A program made the translations under genes and the position numbers. Of a stretch of DNA of 64,000 nt, positions 1 through 13,910 are shown one piece after another (the first letter of the stretch is position 1; the number at the start of each line of letters is the position of its first letter). Origin of the DNA: Eledone cirrhosa (Eukaryota); contig OZ024745.1 of NCBI GenBank assembly GCA_964016885.1, forward strand, positions 62,558,001-62,622,000, given 5' to 3'. The notes beneath the pieces were generated by a model that saw only the letters and a program-made list of their open reading frames with translations, was not told the DNA's origin and made no database searches.

Positions 1-1581
1 ATTTTATATAATGTAATCCCGCTATGTGGATGAAATAAACGTCGTAGTAAAAACACCGCCAGAGGAGACCAGTCACAAATTAGAGAAGACCACCATGGAA
101 AGTATCCAGCAAATACCTAAATCCATCCACCAGAGTATTAAATTTACTATAGACTGCCGAACTAAAAACCCCAACCATAGATTACCCGTACTAGACACAG
201 AACTCTGGTTGGAAACTACTAGTAATAGAACGCAAATCCCCCATTCTCATTATGCCAAACCCATAACCTCCAAATACCTGATCCACCGAACCTCAGCTGT
301 TTTGGATCACATCAAAATCAATACACTGATTGCGGACTTAGTAAGAGTGATTATGAACGTCTCTCGCATATGCAATCCTAAAGAATTAGAGAGACACATT
401 AAAGATCAGGGCATATCAGAGAGAGAAGATCAGGCTATGTAATGAAGCCAGAACCAAATGCGCAAAGATTGTAGAAATGATGCAAATGGGACTTGCCCCA
501 TTTATAGGAGCAAATTTTGGAACAGAATAGAAAGGATTAGGAATAAGCCAAATAAAATCAACTCATGGTGTGATAGCAATAAATACCAGAGTGTAATATT
601 CGTCAATACAACCCCTAGAGGCGAACTAGCTTACAGATTTTGAAGGGCCCTAGACAAACTCAAATTAAATATTAAGATATTTGAAAGACTAGGTATTCCC
701 ATAAAAACCTTAATTAGTAAAACATACACATTTCAACGAACCCATGCACTGATAGGAAATACATAGACTGCAATCTAAGCCGGCAAACTAACTGCAAAAC
801 TAGGAACGTAGTATATAACAGAAGATGAACTGAGGGACAGTGTAGGATTAGAACATAACATGCACAGGTGAAACAGCCCGTAGCATAGAGGAAAGGATAA
901 GTGAACACTGGTGAGAACTCCAGAATGGGAAAAACTCATCAGTACTCCACCAACATGCTAAAATAGAACATAGGGGCACATTAGAGAACATAGAGATAAA
1001 AATTATATCCACACACAGAAAAGATGCAATGATCAGACAAATCACATAGCCGACAAACGTAAAGGAACTCCAAACAAAATAAACAGAAAACACGAGTGGA
1101 ATAGCAACATCGCAACTAGTAATTAAGGACAAAATGAAGACATACAGACACACTGGAAAACCAAACTAACAAAACAAATTTAGACACACAGATAGAACAA
1201 ATAACCACCTAGTGACAAGTAAATAAACACATAAATAATTATACACAGACACACACTCACCCGGATGTAACGCATGCGGAAACTAAGCACACAACACAGA
1301 ACACACAAACACAAGATGGTGTAGGATAAAACAAAGGAGAGTCACAAAATAAAAACATATTCCTTGAGGATGTCATATACTGTGTGATGAAAGAGCTTTG
1401 ACAATATATAAACAACCATCCGGTTATCTAACCAACCAGCCAACCGGAAACTTATAATAAATTGAAGTGAAAACCAACATGTGCGTGTGTTTTTGTTGGC
1501 AGCATGATACTGCCTATAACAATATCTATTTCAACACACGTTTTCAGATAAGAAATTTTGAAAAGCAAATTCAAAATCGAA
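1..1581 (+). mobile_element. Penelope-like element family A, decayed 3' part (RT motif C, thumb, GIY-YIG, 3' UTR with tail)
   Basis: RYVDEINVVVK (degenerate YVDD), LPVLDTELW and HYAKP in ORF 26-442. Homologous to 11500-13020. Ends in the family tail next to a short TA run. Stops and frameshifts are present. Confidence 0.9.
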
Positions 1582-1634
1582 GTATATATATAAGTGGAAA
1601 ACTATGAACGTATATACAAAACTGAGAACGTATA

Positions 1635-2026
1635 TAAGCCCGGCTGTCAGAGAACTTCGTCGACCACACTTCACCTGACATCTAGCCTCCCAGCTCGCCT
1701 GACAGCATCCCCCTCGACTTCTTTGTGTGGGGCGCAGTGGAACGAGACACCAACAGATCTAGCTGCAATACGAAAGACGATCTGAAGGCCAGGATCACAA
1801 GTGGCTTTAGGGGCCTAAGTGGTGGGATAGTGACGAAGACCTGTAGCCGGTTCCGAGGCCTGCCTTGAGGCCGTCATCAAAGCCAATGGCGGGTTTATCG
1901 AGAGAGATCGAAAGAACAAGTCATTAAGACAAACTGACCCAAGTTTGATAAATATATCTTAAAAAATAAAACTACTGTTTTAACCTTTCCTAGACAGTAA
2001 TCTTGCGAACAAATATCGTCCGCACC

Positions 2027-2029
<3 letters not shown>
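1635..2029 (+). mobile_element. Tc1/mariner-superfamily transposon, 3' fragment with right TIR
   Basis: Translates to PPSSPDSIPLDFFVWGAVERDTNR (third catalytic Asp region) and LEAVIKANGGFIE. Ends ...GCACCCTG|TA, a typical CAGGGTG terminus at a TA target. Confidence 0.8.
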
Positions 2030-2109
<80 letters not shown>

Positions 2110-2926
2110 TATGACTTGGTAAACATATAGTAATGTATATATATATTACCCAGGAATATTTCTAATGTATTTTAGTCACAACGTACGTTAATTCGTTTCA
2201 TAAAACACTCTAAAATAGAAGAAAAAAAAAACGTAATATGTAAATATTTTCCTGTTACGCAGTGCATGTAAACTGTCCTCCCATATTTTAGACGCCCACC
2301 AACATACCATATACTATTCTGATTATCAAAGGTTGCAGCGTTGTATAGAATGTGTTCTTTTGGATAAAATGCATGGAAGAAGATAGATACACAAAGAAAT
2401 ATATTTTAAAGCTAAATGATAGAAAAGTTCAATTCCGTAAGACTCTATATGGCCTCACCTAACAATCCAACTTGACAACTTGGCTATCTAGTTTACTCAC
2501 TGTCTTTATCAGTGAACATCCGGTTGACGAAGTCGTGACGTTAGTGTCACTGGGTAACCGAGTGATTCTTGTAATGTTTGCTTTTGCACAATCAATATTT
2601 ACATATCACGGATGTTGAAATACAACCTATCTCTGCTCCCAATCCGTACAAGCAATACAAACATCAATAACGCTCAAACGTTTTCACAGTCAATGAAAGA
2701 GATAGATTGCAAGAATTGGTGCACAAATTACAAGCATTATAGTACGAATCAAGAATCGGATCCCAATGATTAATCATAGAGACGTAAGGAGGGTTTGGTG
2801 AAAATTGCTATTTTCTTGCTATTATTTTCAAAATAATATTTTCTCAACATATCTTTTTATTTCGTTTGACCGCATAAATTTACTTATATTTTTATTTGGC
2901 TCTCTCACCTTGACTTCTCCACAGTC

Positions 2927-3258
2927 TTTCTTCTTCTTCTTCTTCTTCTTCTTCTTCTTCTTCTTCTTCTTCTTCTTCCCATATTGCAGTGTATCGTCAC
3001 TTCCTATTATTGAAATACATATTCTACAGCTACCCTCGAAAGACGTATTTGTGCCTATTTGCTTATAATATCTTTGCTCTGACATCGAATCCCATCGAAA
3101 TTATCTTTGCCATTCAGCTTTTCGCAGTATATTAAATAAAGTTCATCGATTTTCACCTTGCAGTAAATTAATTCTCTTCTGGGTAAATGTTAAACCATTC
3201 TTCTTATTATTAGTTGGGCGGTAGATTGGCAGTAGCGGTAGAGCGTCGGACATCATGC
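2927..3258 (-). repeat. Interspersed composite repeat with (GAA)n tail, copy 1
   Basis: About 300 bp near-identical to 56101-56537 in the opposite orientation. Includes an antisense SINE head. Confidence 0.8.
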
Positions 3259-3435
3259 TTTGCGGCATAGAGTTAAGGCCCTTTGCCTTCTGACTTCAAC
3301 TCCCGCCGCTGTAACCTTTGCTTACCATGCTTACAGCGTCGATAAAATAGAGTAGTGGTAATGCACTGGGGCTGATTTTATCAACTTCCACTTCCCGTAA
3401 ATTGATTGCCTTATGCCTAAATCAGAAACCATTAT
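3217..3435 (+). mobile_element. tRNA-derived SINE (Nin-domain type), diverged copy
   Basis: Box A-like TGGCAGTAGCGG, degenerate box B, GTCGATAAAAT core. A second partial copy follows at about 3490-3545. Confidence 0.7.
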
Positions 3436-3928
3436 TACAGCCCAGTTTCAGCAAAGCGGCGGACAGTATGGTTTGCGGCCTCCTATATTTTGAGTTCAAA
3501 TCATTACGGGATCGATAAAATAAAGTACCAGTAACACACTGGATTCGATTTAATTAGAATACACTAGGTTAGAATTTCACCACATTTCATTTATTAGGTA
3601 ATACCTGATATACCCATTTCAATGTCATCTATTACGTAACTGTAAATTCTCTGAACCGATTTCTTCATGTAGTTTTCATCTGTGTATATATTAGTAATTT
3701 AATGTCTATTATAGGCTATATTGCCGGGCCGACTTACGATGTTGCTTGTTCACTGCACGGTCAACATCCCAATTATAACACAAACGGTCGGATAATTGCT
3801 AGTAGACAATAATCATATCGCTCATCATGTCGAAGGGCCTATTAATTCAGAAAGTGGTGCTAACGCGACGTACAGTAACCAGCTTGAACTATTAGACCAT
3901 AATGTGTGTGTCTGGTTTTGCTTTTGTG

Positions 3929-3931
<3 letters not shown>

Positions 3932-4006
<75 letters not shown>

Positions 4007-4017
4007 GAGAGAGAGAG
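3932..4017. repeat. (GA)n microsatellite
   Basis: Directly visible. Confidence 0.98.
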
Positions 4018-5169
4018 AAATTAAAAAAAGATTATGGATTATGTTCTGTCTACTATATTATCGATAAATGTGTATGTATGTAAGTATGCATGAATATACG
4101 TATATCTTCATGGACTCATGTATGTATGCATTTATGTTTGCGTGTGTATATGTGTGTGTACCTATATATACGTCCTTATAGTTATGGATGCTTATATTCA
4201 ATATTTATCGATAACGTCATTTCAAAGTGAAATATTATCACCAATATTTATAATGCAAAAAGCTTGTTATTGTGAATTGATTAAACAATTGCTATGTCAT
4301 TTCATAAAAGCAAAAATACATTATCTCAAATCAAACAGATTTTACCGTTGCACGCGTGCACACATAACAACATGTCATTGCGTGGTTTCTAATATGTTGG
4401 ATAAATATGCACACATATATACTAATGTCTATATAATCGTTTTGTTTTGTGAATATTATTTTTTACAATTCAAAATATATTTTACTTATATTTTTCGAAA
4501 TTGACAGTGAAAAAAAGTATTTTTTTCTCAGATTAATACGAAACCTTAGTTTAATCAGAAATATTTCACTTTAAATATCTCGTGTACTGTAAGAAAACTA
4601 AAACTAAATCGAATGTTGAAATTCAATATTACTACATGCTTCAGAAGTGGAGTAAATACAAATATGTAATTAGTAATTGTTCCTGCCTTCTGAGCAAAAA
4701 TTATGCGGGAATTGAATTTTCTTCTCATTTTACGTGGATCAATAGATAACAACCAGTCACCTACAAAATAAAAGATATATTATCTTAGAAATCAACCATC
4801 TTATAAACTTATATTCATGAGTTTATAACATTTGGGTAAACTAGAGAGGGCTTGATAGATCTTCGGTTTGGTCAGAGTTGATATGCATTTAATTTTTCTA
4901 AAGTCGAGAATAGAAGTTTATTTAGCTGTCATCGACTACATTATTCACGAACACGGTGTTGTATTTATAGTCTGCTATAATATAGTAATCTTTAGTCTGA
5001 ATGGTATCCCATCGTGCTTATAGAACTAATATAGAATTAACCAAAGCGGAAAAAACACAAATTATATCGTAGCTTGCATTATTAGCAGCACATGTCCATA
5101 TGTCAGATATGTTTGGTAAAATATCATAAAATACCAAAAATATAATTTCATTTCCATATCATCCCCACT

Positions 5170-5730
5170 TCATATTGGCAATGACGTCGTGGAATCTCAC
5201 AGCTCATTCATTTACTTGGGCTTGACAGTCACCTTCAATACAGACATAACTCCTGGAGATCAACTGTAGTTGTGGTTTGGTCGTTGGGGACATGCACTCC
5301 CTATGGTAGCCCCTTTGACACTACTGCTCTATCTCCCGAAAAACGAAGCTCGGTATCTACAACGTGCCGGTTCTCTCTATCCTCCTATATCGAGCTGAAA
5401 CATTCCCCCCCCCCCTCGCCCACACTCACACAAAGACCTTGGCAAAGAGGATCGACAGCTTAGATAGCAGAATCCTGAGGAATATCGACAACATCAGGCG
5501 ATACCGCCACATTTCCACCAAAGTGTTGCGAGCGCGCAACAATCAGCCCGCCGCTTCATAGCCATCCGCTCAATTTGCTGGTAGGGACATATCCTCCACT
5601 AGCCTCAGATCAACCTACCAGGGCCGTACTCTTGTCCAACACAGTAGTTACAAGCTGGAATACGCCCTGTGGCAGTCCCGGCACCAGATGGAAGAATATC
5701 ATCAAGGAAGATCTCCAGAGGCTGATTTGA
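5170..5730 (+). mobile_element. RTE-clade LINE, decayed C-terminal RT region
   Basis: FIYLGLTV, LSILLYRAETF (cf. LLYGAETW) and a degenerate RPxGRPxxRWKDIIKEDL end motif. Confidence 0.75.
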
Positions 5731-6381
5731 AAGCGCCACAACCCACCCACGCACCTTCATATATCAGTAGCGACATTTCCGCCAGGCTTGCATGTTAAAT
5801 CACACGAGAATGCCAGGAGCTGCTCTTAATTGGCAGAGGCTGTTTGAGGCACATTCTGCGAGGTGCATTTGTTAAGAAGTGAGAGTTTATCTGCACTACC
5901 ACCTATAGGGTTAGCAACCCATACTGCACAGTATATTTATTCGTGTTCATACAAGAATAATGTAATGCCCTCCCTTTGGCTCCAAGGCCCAGTTAAGGCC
6001 ACCGCTGTCGTCTGTACCTAGTGATACAGAATGCGTTGAGGAGCGATTGGAAAAGTAACCTCTTTCATCAGGCATTAGCATGATGATCAAAATGTTGGCG
6101 TCTAATGTCACAAAGAAAGTTCTCAAACGATATGCAATCTATTCCCCAGGCTGCTTAGCGGATAGCGGTTTGTCGCCGTTAGCCGACGCCGCATTTAGTA
6201 AGTAATATAAAATGCCACTTTAATTCCTCATCAAGAGCTCTTTCTTTCGTAATAACATATCGCCAACCAAACAACGACACATACACACATATTATACATA
6301 TATATAACGGTGAGAATGTCACAGAATGTCACCGGTGACATTTTCTCACTCGGTAATGAAAATGTATATGTGGAAATGTAC

Positions 6382-6473
<92 letters not shown>

Positions 6474-6504
6474 GTGTGTGTGTGTGCATGTATGTGTGTG
6501 TGTG

Positions 6505-6536
<32 letters not shown>

Positions 6537-6800
6537 CGTGGGTCGGCTCCACAGAGCAGGCAAGCGTGCCAGATACATATGTCGTTCCGTGAAGGAAATC
6601 ATTAATCACGATATTTACACATTTTTTCTTCATTTTCCGTATATGTTCTCGTACATATTTTGTACATTTTTATCACGTTTCAGAACAGTCGTAACTTAAT
6701 CTCTTTCCATACAATATAACATTCATTTTTTATGAAGTAATTCAAATGTGATGTGTTTATATTTGTTGCATTTGATAGACATACATGTAGCAAACGTGAA

Positions 6801-6879
<79 letters not shown>

Positions 6880-7140
6880 ATATAACAAAGTATCTCCTTT
6901 ATTCCCTTTACCTTTATAAAGGATTTGGAATATAGGTTTATATATTTTCAAACTATATATATACGAAAGTTCATTTTTAGATTAATCACCATGGAAAAAT
7001 AATAAAAGCTAAAATTTCAATCAATTGTGACATATTTCTCTTAAAATAAATTTTATGATTTATAATCTTTTATTTTACTCAAAAATATACCGATTTTGAA
7101 TCTTCGTCCAAAAAAGGTAATGAAATTTTATAAAAAAAAA

Positions 7141-7189
<49 letters not shown>

Positions 7190-7217
7190 TTGCATATATA
7201 TACATACATATATATAT

Positions 7218-7271
<54 letters not shown>

Positions 7272-7791
7272 TAGACTGGACTGCGATTACCTGTTTCTCT
7301 CTTTCTCTCTTACTGCTCCCCCGTTCTCTTTGTTTCTCTTACCTTCTTTCGCCCCTCTGTCAGTTACACTATCTCTCGACTGACCTCTACCTCGCACTTC
7401 CACCCACTCACTCTCTGTTTCTCCCCTTCTCACTTCCTCCCGTTCGTTGGTAGTGGGGTTCCTTCTTTCTCACACCTCATTCACGGCGTACGGTCTGTTT
7501 TTCTGACCGCTCATGAAATTCATCCAGCTTATGCTGACCGGATAACCATCATGTTGCTTGCTGTTTTCCGACCTTCGGTTTGCTTTTCCTTCTTGTTGTT
7601 TACTTGTCTCACTCGCTTTACGCGATTCACCTGTCCTAATAGGTTATTTTAGTTATTGCTCGCACCAACCTGAGGTATCTGATTTTTAATGCGACGAAAT
7701 ACAAATGATGGTTGGCAAATCACTGATGAGGGACTAATTTTATAATATGTGTAACCCATGTGCAACCACGCAGTATTCCTCTTCCCTTGTT

Positions 7792-7863
<72 letters not shown>

Positions 7864-7952
7864 ATGTATCTCTCTCTATATATGTATATGTATATATATA
7901 TATGTATATCTATATATATATATATATGTATATCTATATATATATATATATA

Positions 7953-8001
<49 letters not shown>

Positions 8002-8004
<3 letters not shown>

Positions 8005-9600
8005 GTTTCTGAATTTGTTTAGCAAGAATCTTTATCTGAAAACGTGTGTTGAAACCGATATTGTTATACTTTGGGAGGGTCATGTTGACAATAAGAAACA
8101 CACTTTAATTTATTATAAATTAAATTTATAAATTTAAGAATTTATAAATTTCCGGTTGTTTGGTTGGTTCCACAACCAGACTATTGTTCATTGTCAAAGT
8201 TCTTTCGTCACACATTCTGTGACCTCTTCAGTGACTGAGGATTCTTTTCTTTGTTTTTGTGCCTCTCCTTTGTTCTGTCCTACGCCATCTTGCTTTTGTG
8301 TGTGTTGTGTGCTTAGTTTGCACATGTGTTACATCCGGGTGTCTGTGTGTGTTTATATTTGTTTATGTATTTGTTTATATACATGTTACTGGTTGGTTGT
8401 TTGTTCTATGTGTGTGTGTTTTCATGTTGTCCTTAATTGTAAGTTGTGATGTTGCTGTTCCATTCATGTTATCTGTGATTTGTCTAAACATTGCGTATTT
8501 TCTGTGTGTAGATTCTATTTTTATTTCTATGTTCTCTAATGTACCCTTATGTTCTATTTTAGCATGTTGGTGGAGTACAGATGATTCTTTACTATCTTGA
8601 AGATCTCGCCAGTGTTCATTTATCCGTTCCCCTATACTACGAGCTCTCTCACCTGTGTACAATATATTCTTATCTCTACAGTACAGCTTATGCTATATAC
8701 TACATTTCTAGTATTACATTTAATATGAGGGCTTAATTTACAGATTATACATTTCTTAATTATACAAGGAGGTCTTTGAAAAGGGTATGTATTGCTAATA
8801 CGTGTTTTTATGGAGGTACCTGGTCTTTCTACTATCTTAATATTGAGTTTATGTTTATTTAGGGCCCTTCTAAGTTTGTAAGCTAATTCACCTCTAGGAG
8901 TTGTATCGATGAACATTACACTCTGGTATTTATTGCTATCATACCATGAGTTTATTCTATTAACCTTTTTCCTAGTTCTTTCTATTCTATTCCAAAATTA
9001 GCTCCTATACAAGGGGCAGGTGCCATTTGTATCATTATATATCATTTTTTCCCATTTGGTTCTGGCTCCTCTATATACTCTGATTTTATCTCTCTGATTG
9101 TAACCATACAGTGGATGAAGTGTTGTATGTGTCTCTCTAGTTCTTTGGGGTTGCACATGCAGGACACGTTTCTCAACACCCGTACCAAATCCGCAATCAG
9201 TATGTTGATTTTGGTATGGTCCGAAACAGCTGAGTTTCGGTGGATCAGATATTTGGAAGTCATGGGTTTGGCATAATGGGAATGGAGGATATGTTTTTTG
9301 TTATTAATGGTATCTTACCTGAGCTTTGTGTCTAGTACAGGTAATCGATGGTTGGGGTGTTTCTTTGGGTAGTCTATAGTAACTCTAATACTCTGGTGGA
9401 TGGAGTTAGCTATTTGCTGGATGCTTTCCATGGTGTTTTTCTCTAATTCCTGACTGTTCTCTAGTGCGGGTATATTTACTACGATGTTTATATCATCAAC
9501 GTAGCGGGAGTTCATTATCATGGTTAGGAGTTTGCTGTCTTCTAATTGTTCTTTAAGTTTAAGTTTAAGTCTATTGTCCCACCATACCATGAATAGGTAC
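8002..9600 (-). mobile_element. PLE family A, 1.6 kb 3' fragment with tail; left arm of an inverted pair
   Basis: ORFs 9315-9629 (SRYVDDINIVV), 9042-9263, 8632-8916 (C-x4-C-x2-C, NVVYSISC) and 8375-8662 (YTGERARSIGERINEH). The 3' end abuts (TA)n. Confidence 0.93.
8193..8235 (-). ncRNA. Minimal type I hammerhead ribozyme, family A
   Basis: Minus strand: GTCA CTGAAGA-G GTCAC agaatgt GTGAC GAAA GAAC TT|TGAC. Stem I GTCA/TGAC, stem II 5 bp, one extra nt after A9. Confidence 0.75.
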
Positions 9601-12600
9601 ATCAACAATAATAACATCACAATCAACAATCAACAATCAACAATAATAACAATCATAACAATCATAACTGTTTCTACTTTAGGCACAAAGCCAACAATTA
9701 CCAAGTACATTACTGGTACTTTATTTCATCGACCCCGTAAGGATGAAAGGCAAAGTTAACCTCGGCGGGATTTGAACTCAGACTGTAAAGGGACGTAACT
9801 ATGCTAGAAAGCATGGCGTCCAACCCTCTACCGATAATCAACAATAATAACATACTCAAAAACAACCTCAACAAACACGGAGACAACAACAACACACATC
9901 AACTACAGCACACATCAACAACAACAACAACACATATTCTATGCCTCTCACCACATCCACAATCTTAACAAACACACAGACACAGAAAACGGGTAATGAC
10001 AGTAACACAGAAATATGGGAAGGTAATAGGATTGAAAGGAGAAGGGAGGCTATCGATACTGACATAGAAAATAACCAGGAAGAACACACAGACACACAAA
10101 ATAGAATAGATAATAACAATGAACCAGAGGAAAGAGGCAGGAGTAATAATGAGAGACATAGAAACAACCATGATGCTGTTGGTGGAAATAGAAATAGTAA
10201 CAACACAACTAACAATAACAATAGCAATAGTACACATAAAGCAGCAGCCTGGAACTCTACTTTTTATAATCCTCCCGATATGTCTTTCGACCTACGACGA
10301 GTCCACGCCACGCCTTCAGCTTTTAACAAAGCACGCAGTTGTCGTTGCAGGTCGATGAACAAACAGAAGCCCAATTTAGTATAGCTAGATCTAAACTTAG
10401 AAATATTATAGAACAGTATAGCAGGAATCAAAATAGAATGGAGGCCCAGAAACTGGGAGAAAAATGTGCAAATAGCTTGTGTAAGCTCATGCGGTGCTCG
10501 CGTAATGGAGAGATTGCATGCTTTCCAACATACAAGTCTGGAAGACTGTATGTTGACAGTCTGTCAAACTACATCCAGGCAATGAAACCCCACAACTAAC
10601 ACAAGAGAAGTAACACCACAAGAGCATGAGGATAGGGAAAAAACCCTCAATGCCTATATGATGATGTGGACAAATATAATGCAGCCCAACAAAAAGACTG
10701 CCAACAACTTCCAGACCTGGAACAATGACGTGCCAGCGTTGTATGGGCTTCGAAAAGACCATAGAACGAGCAGTGACCCTGTCACAGGACCACCAACACG
10801 GCCAGTCTGTGGAGCTAACATTGCTAGTAACTACAGACTTTCCTACTTCCTCTCCCTGATCATACGCCCCATCATTGAAATGTCCCCAGATATATGTGAC
10901 AGCACGGAGGACCTCCTCAGCAGAATCGGCGAGAGTAACCGATCTGGGGACCTAACAAACTACATAATAGGTACTATGGATGTTGTGTCCCTATATCCAT
11001 CTATTGACGTGGATTTTGCTGTGGAGAAATGCGTAGAAATGATCAGTGAGAGCACTGTTGCATTCCGTGTGATTGATGCTAGTGAGCTGGGACTGCTACT
11101 TAAACTTACCTATAGTAATGATTATCTAGATACATATGACCAGAGCAACCTGTGCCCTACAAGACCAGCAAGAGGCAGACCACCTACCATTACCTCAATG
11201 GCCAAGAAAACCCACACAGATAGATGGAACGGGTGGACCAGAGCCATACGGACACCCGAACACCACGATGAACTAAAGAAAATGATTGCACATGCGGTGG
11301 AGGACAGAATAAAATTAACCCTTAAGGAACATATGTTCAAATTTAATGGAAAAAACATATACCCAAGAGGAGGGAACAACCATTGGTGTTAGCATTGCAG
11401 GTGACATAGATAACCTATTCATGGTATGGTGGGACAATAGACTTAAATTTAAACTTAAAGAACAATTAGAAGACAGCAACCTCCTAACCCTGATAAGGTA
11501 CTCCCGCTACGTTGATGATATAAACATCGTAGTAAAAACCCCCCACTAGAGAACAGTCAGGAATTAGAGAAAAACACGATGGAAAACATCCAGGAAATAG
11601 CTAACTCCATCCACCAGAGTATTAGAGTTAGTATAGACTACCCAAGCAAACACCCCAACCATCGATTACCTGTACTAGACACAGAGCTCTGGTTAGATAC
11701 CATTAATAACAAAAAACAAATCCTCCATTCCCTTTATGCCAAACCCATGCCTTTCATATATGTTCAACCGAAACTCAGCTGTTTCGGACCATACCAAAGT
11801 GAACATACTGATTGCGGATATGGTACGGGTGATGAGAAACGTGTCCGCATGTGCAACCCCAAAGAACTAGAGAGACATATACAACACTTCATCAACTGTA
11901 TGCAGTTCTCTGGTTACAATCAGAGAGATAAAATCAGAGTATATAGAGGAGCCAGAACCAAATGGGAAAAAATGATATATAAGGATACAAATGGCACCTG
12001 CCCCTTGTATAGGAGCTAATTTTGGAATAGAATAGAAAGAACTAGGAATAAGGTTAATAGAATAAACTCATGGTATGATAGCAATAAATACCAGAGTGTA
12101 ATGTTCATCGATACAACCCCTAGAGTTGAATTAGCTTACAAATTTAGAATGGCCCTAGATAAACATAAACTCAATATTAAAATTGTAGAAAGACCAGGTA
12201 CCTCCATAAAAACACTTATTAGCAATACATACCCTTTTCAAAGACCTCCCTGTTTAGATAAGAAATGTATAATCTGTAAATTAAGCCCGCGTATTAACTG
12301 TAAAACTAGAAATGTAGTATATAGCATAAGATGTACTGAAGGACAATGTAGAGATAAGAATATAGTGTACATAGGTGAGACAGCTCGTAGTATAGGGGCA
12401 CGGATAAATGAATACTGGCGAGAGCTTCAAGATAGTAAAGAATAATCTGTACTCCACCAACCTGCTAAAATAGAACATAAGGGTACATTAGATAACATAG
12501 AAATAAAAATAGAATCTACACACAGAAAAGACGCAATGTTTAGACAAATCACAGAGGCAATAACCATAAATGAACTCCAACCAAAATTAAATAGAAAACA

Positions 12601-13023
12601 TGAATGGAACAGCAATATCACAACTTTTAAGGACAAAATGAAAACTTACACATAGAACAAACAACCAACCAGTAACATGTAAATAAACAAATAAATAAAC
12701 AAATATAAACATACACAGACACCCGGATGTAACACATGCGCAAACTAAGCACACAACACACACAAAAACAAGATGGCGTAGGACAGAACAAAGGACAGGC
12801 ACAAAAACAAAGAACAGAATCCTCAGCCACGGAAGAGGTCACAGAATGTGTGACGAAAGAACTTTGACAATATATGAACAATCGTCTGGTTGTGGAACCA
12901 ACCAACCAACCGGAAATTTATAAATTCCTAAATTTATGAATTTTATTTATAATAAATTGAAGTGAAAGCACTGGTGCGTGTGTTTCTTATTGGCAACATG
13001 ACCCTCCCAAAGTATAACAATAT
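9601..13023 (+). mobile_element. PLE family A, 3.4 kb longest copy (pseudogenised RT + GIY-YIG), lacking the tail; right arm
   Basis: PALYGLRKDH, PPTRPV, MDVVSLYPSID, GTTIGVSIAG and RYVDD; Cys-rich linker and VVYSIRC...YIGETARS. Split over ORFs 10339-12445. The linker resembles Neptune/Nematis-type PLEs. HHR copy at 12826-12868 has a core mutation (CGGAAGAG). Confidence 0.95.
9667..9842 (-). mobile_element. tRNA-derived SINE (Nin-domain type) nested in the PLE
   Basis: Box B GAGTTCAAATCC and GCCTTTCATCCTTACGGGGTCGAT core on the minus strand. Confidence 0.9.
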
Positions 13024-13059
13024 ATATATGTATGTATATTTAATCACTTCATGTATATA

Positions 13060-13107
<48 letters not shown>

Positions 13108-13352
13108 AAGTGATTAAATTTCAAATTCTTTACCTTATTTACTGTTATGTGTTCGGTTCTTTACCCAGAGGTTCTTACCCTGTTTGCTACGTTCAATTCA
13201 AGTAAACTTATTTGTCCGCTAATATGGATTAGATTAGTAACGTGGTATTTTAAGAAGATAATATCGAACAAATAATTGATATATTTACAGGTATATGTTT
13301 CTTTGTATGAGTAATGTATGTATATGTGTGTATGTATGTATATATATATATG

Positions 13353-13428
<76 letters not shown>

Positions 13429-13597
13429 CAAAGAGTTATTTAATTTGTTGGTTATTCAACACATTTATTTATAACAGATTCGAAGCGCTCTACAGTATTC
13501 TTCTGTACTATAATAAAGAAAGGTCTGCGGGACTGCGTACTGTCTATTTTTTTTTTTTTATCCCGTTAGTAAAATAAGTTGGATTACTTTGAATAAA

Positions 13598-13910
13598 TAA
13601 TTGTTTCTACTTTTGGCACAAGGCCAGCAATTATATCAGTGTATTACTGCTACTTTATTTTATCAACCCCCGTAAGGATGAAAGGCAAAGTTAACCTCGT
13701 CGAGATTTGAACTCAGATCATAAAGGGCCGTAACACTTTGCTGCAAAGCATGGCGTCCGACTCTCTACCGATACTGCCAATCCATCGCCCTTTGAATAAA
13801 TAATTGTTTCTATTTTAGGCACAAGGCCAGCAATTATGAGTACATTACTGGTACTTTATTTTATCGATCCCGTAAGGATGAAAGGCAAAGTTGACTTCGG
13901 CCGGATTTGA
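13598..13910 (-). mobile_element. Two adjacent SINE copies (one full, one 5'-truncated)
   Basis: Same consensus with box A/B, at 13598-13790 and 13800-13910. Confidence 0.9.

Noticed and set aside
820-845. TGA at a Cys position of the GIY-YIG domain, as in selenocysteine-encoding Naiad PLEs
   Set aside because: The other family A copies have TGT there, and this copy has many other disabling mutations.
4555-4775. Possible minus-strand exon after a TTTTGTAG acceptor (DWLLSIDPRKMRRKF...)
   Set aside because: There is no convincing donor site, recognisable domain or partner exon.
5790-6210. GC-richer block, possibly an RTE 5' UTR with an HDV-like ribozyme on the minus strand
   Set aside because: A nested double pseudoknot could not be drawn by eye; it needs a covariance-model search.
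6309-6350. Small palindrome AATGTCACCGGTGACATT near a TA run
   Set aside because: It is too short to assign, and there is no second copy or HHR.
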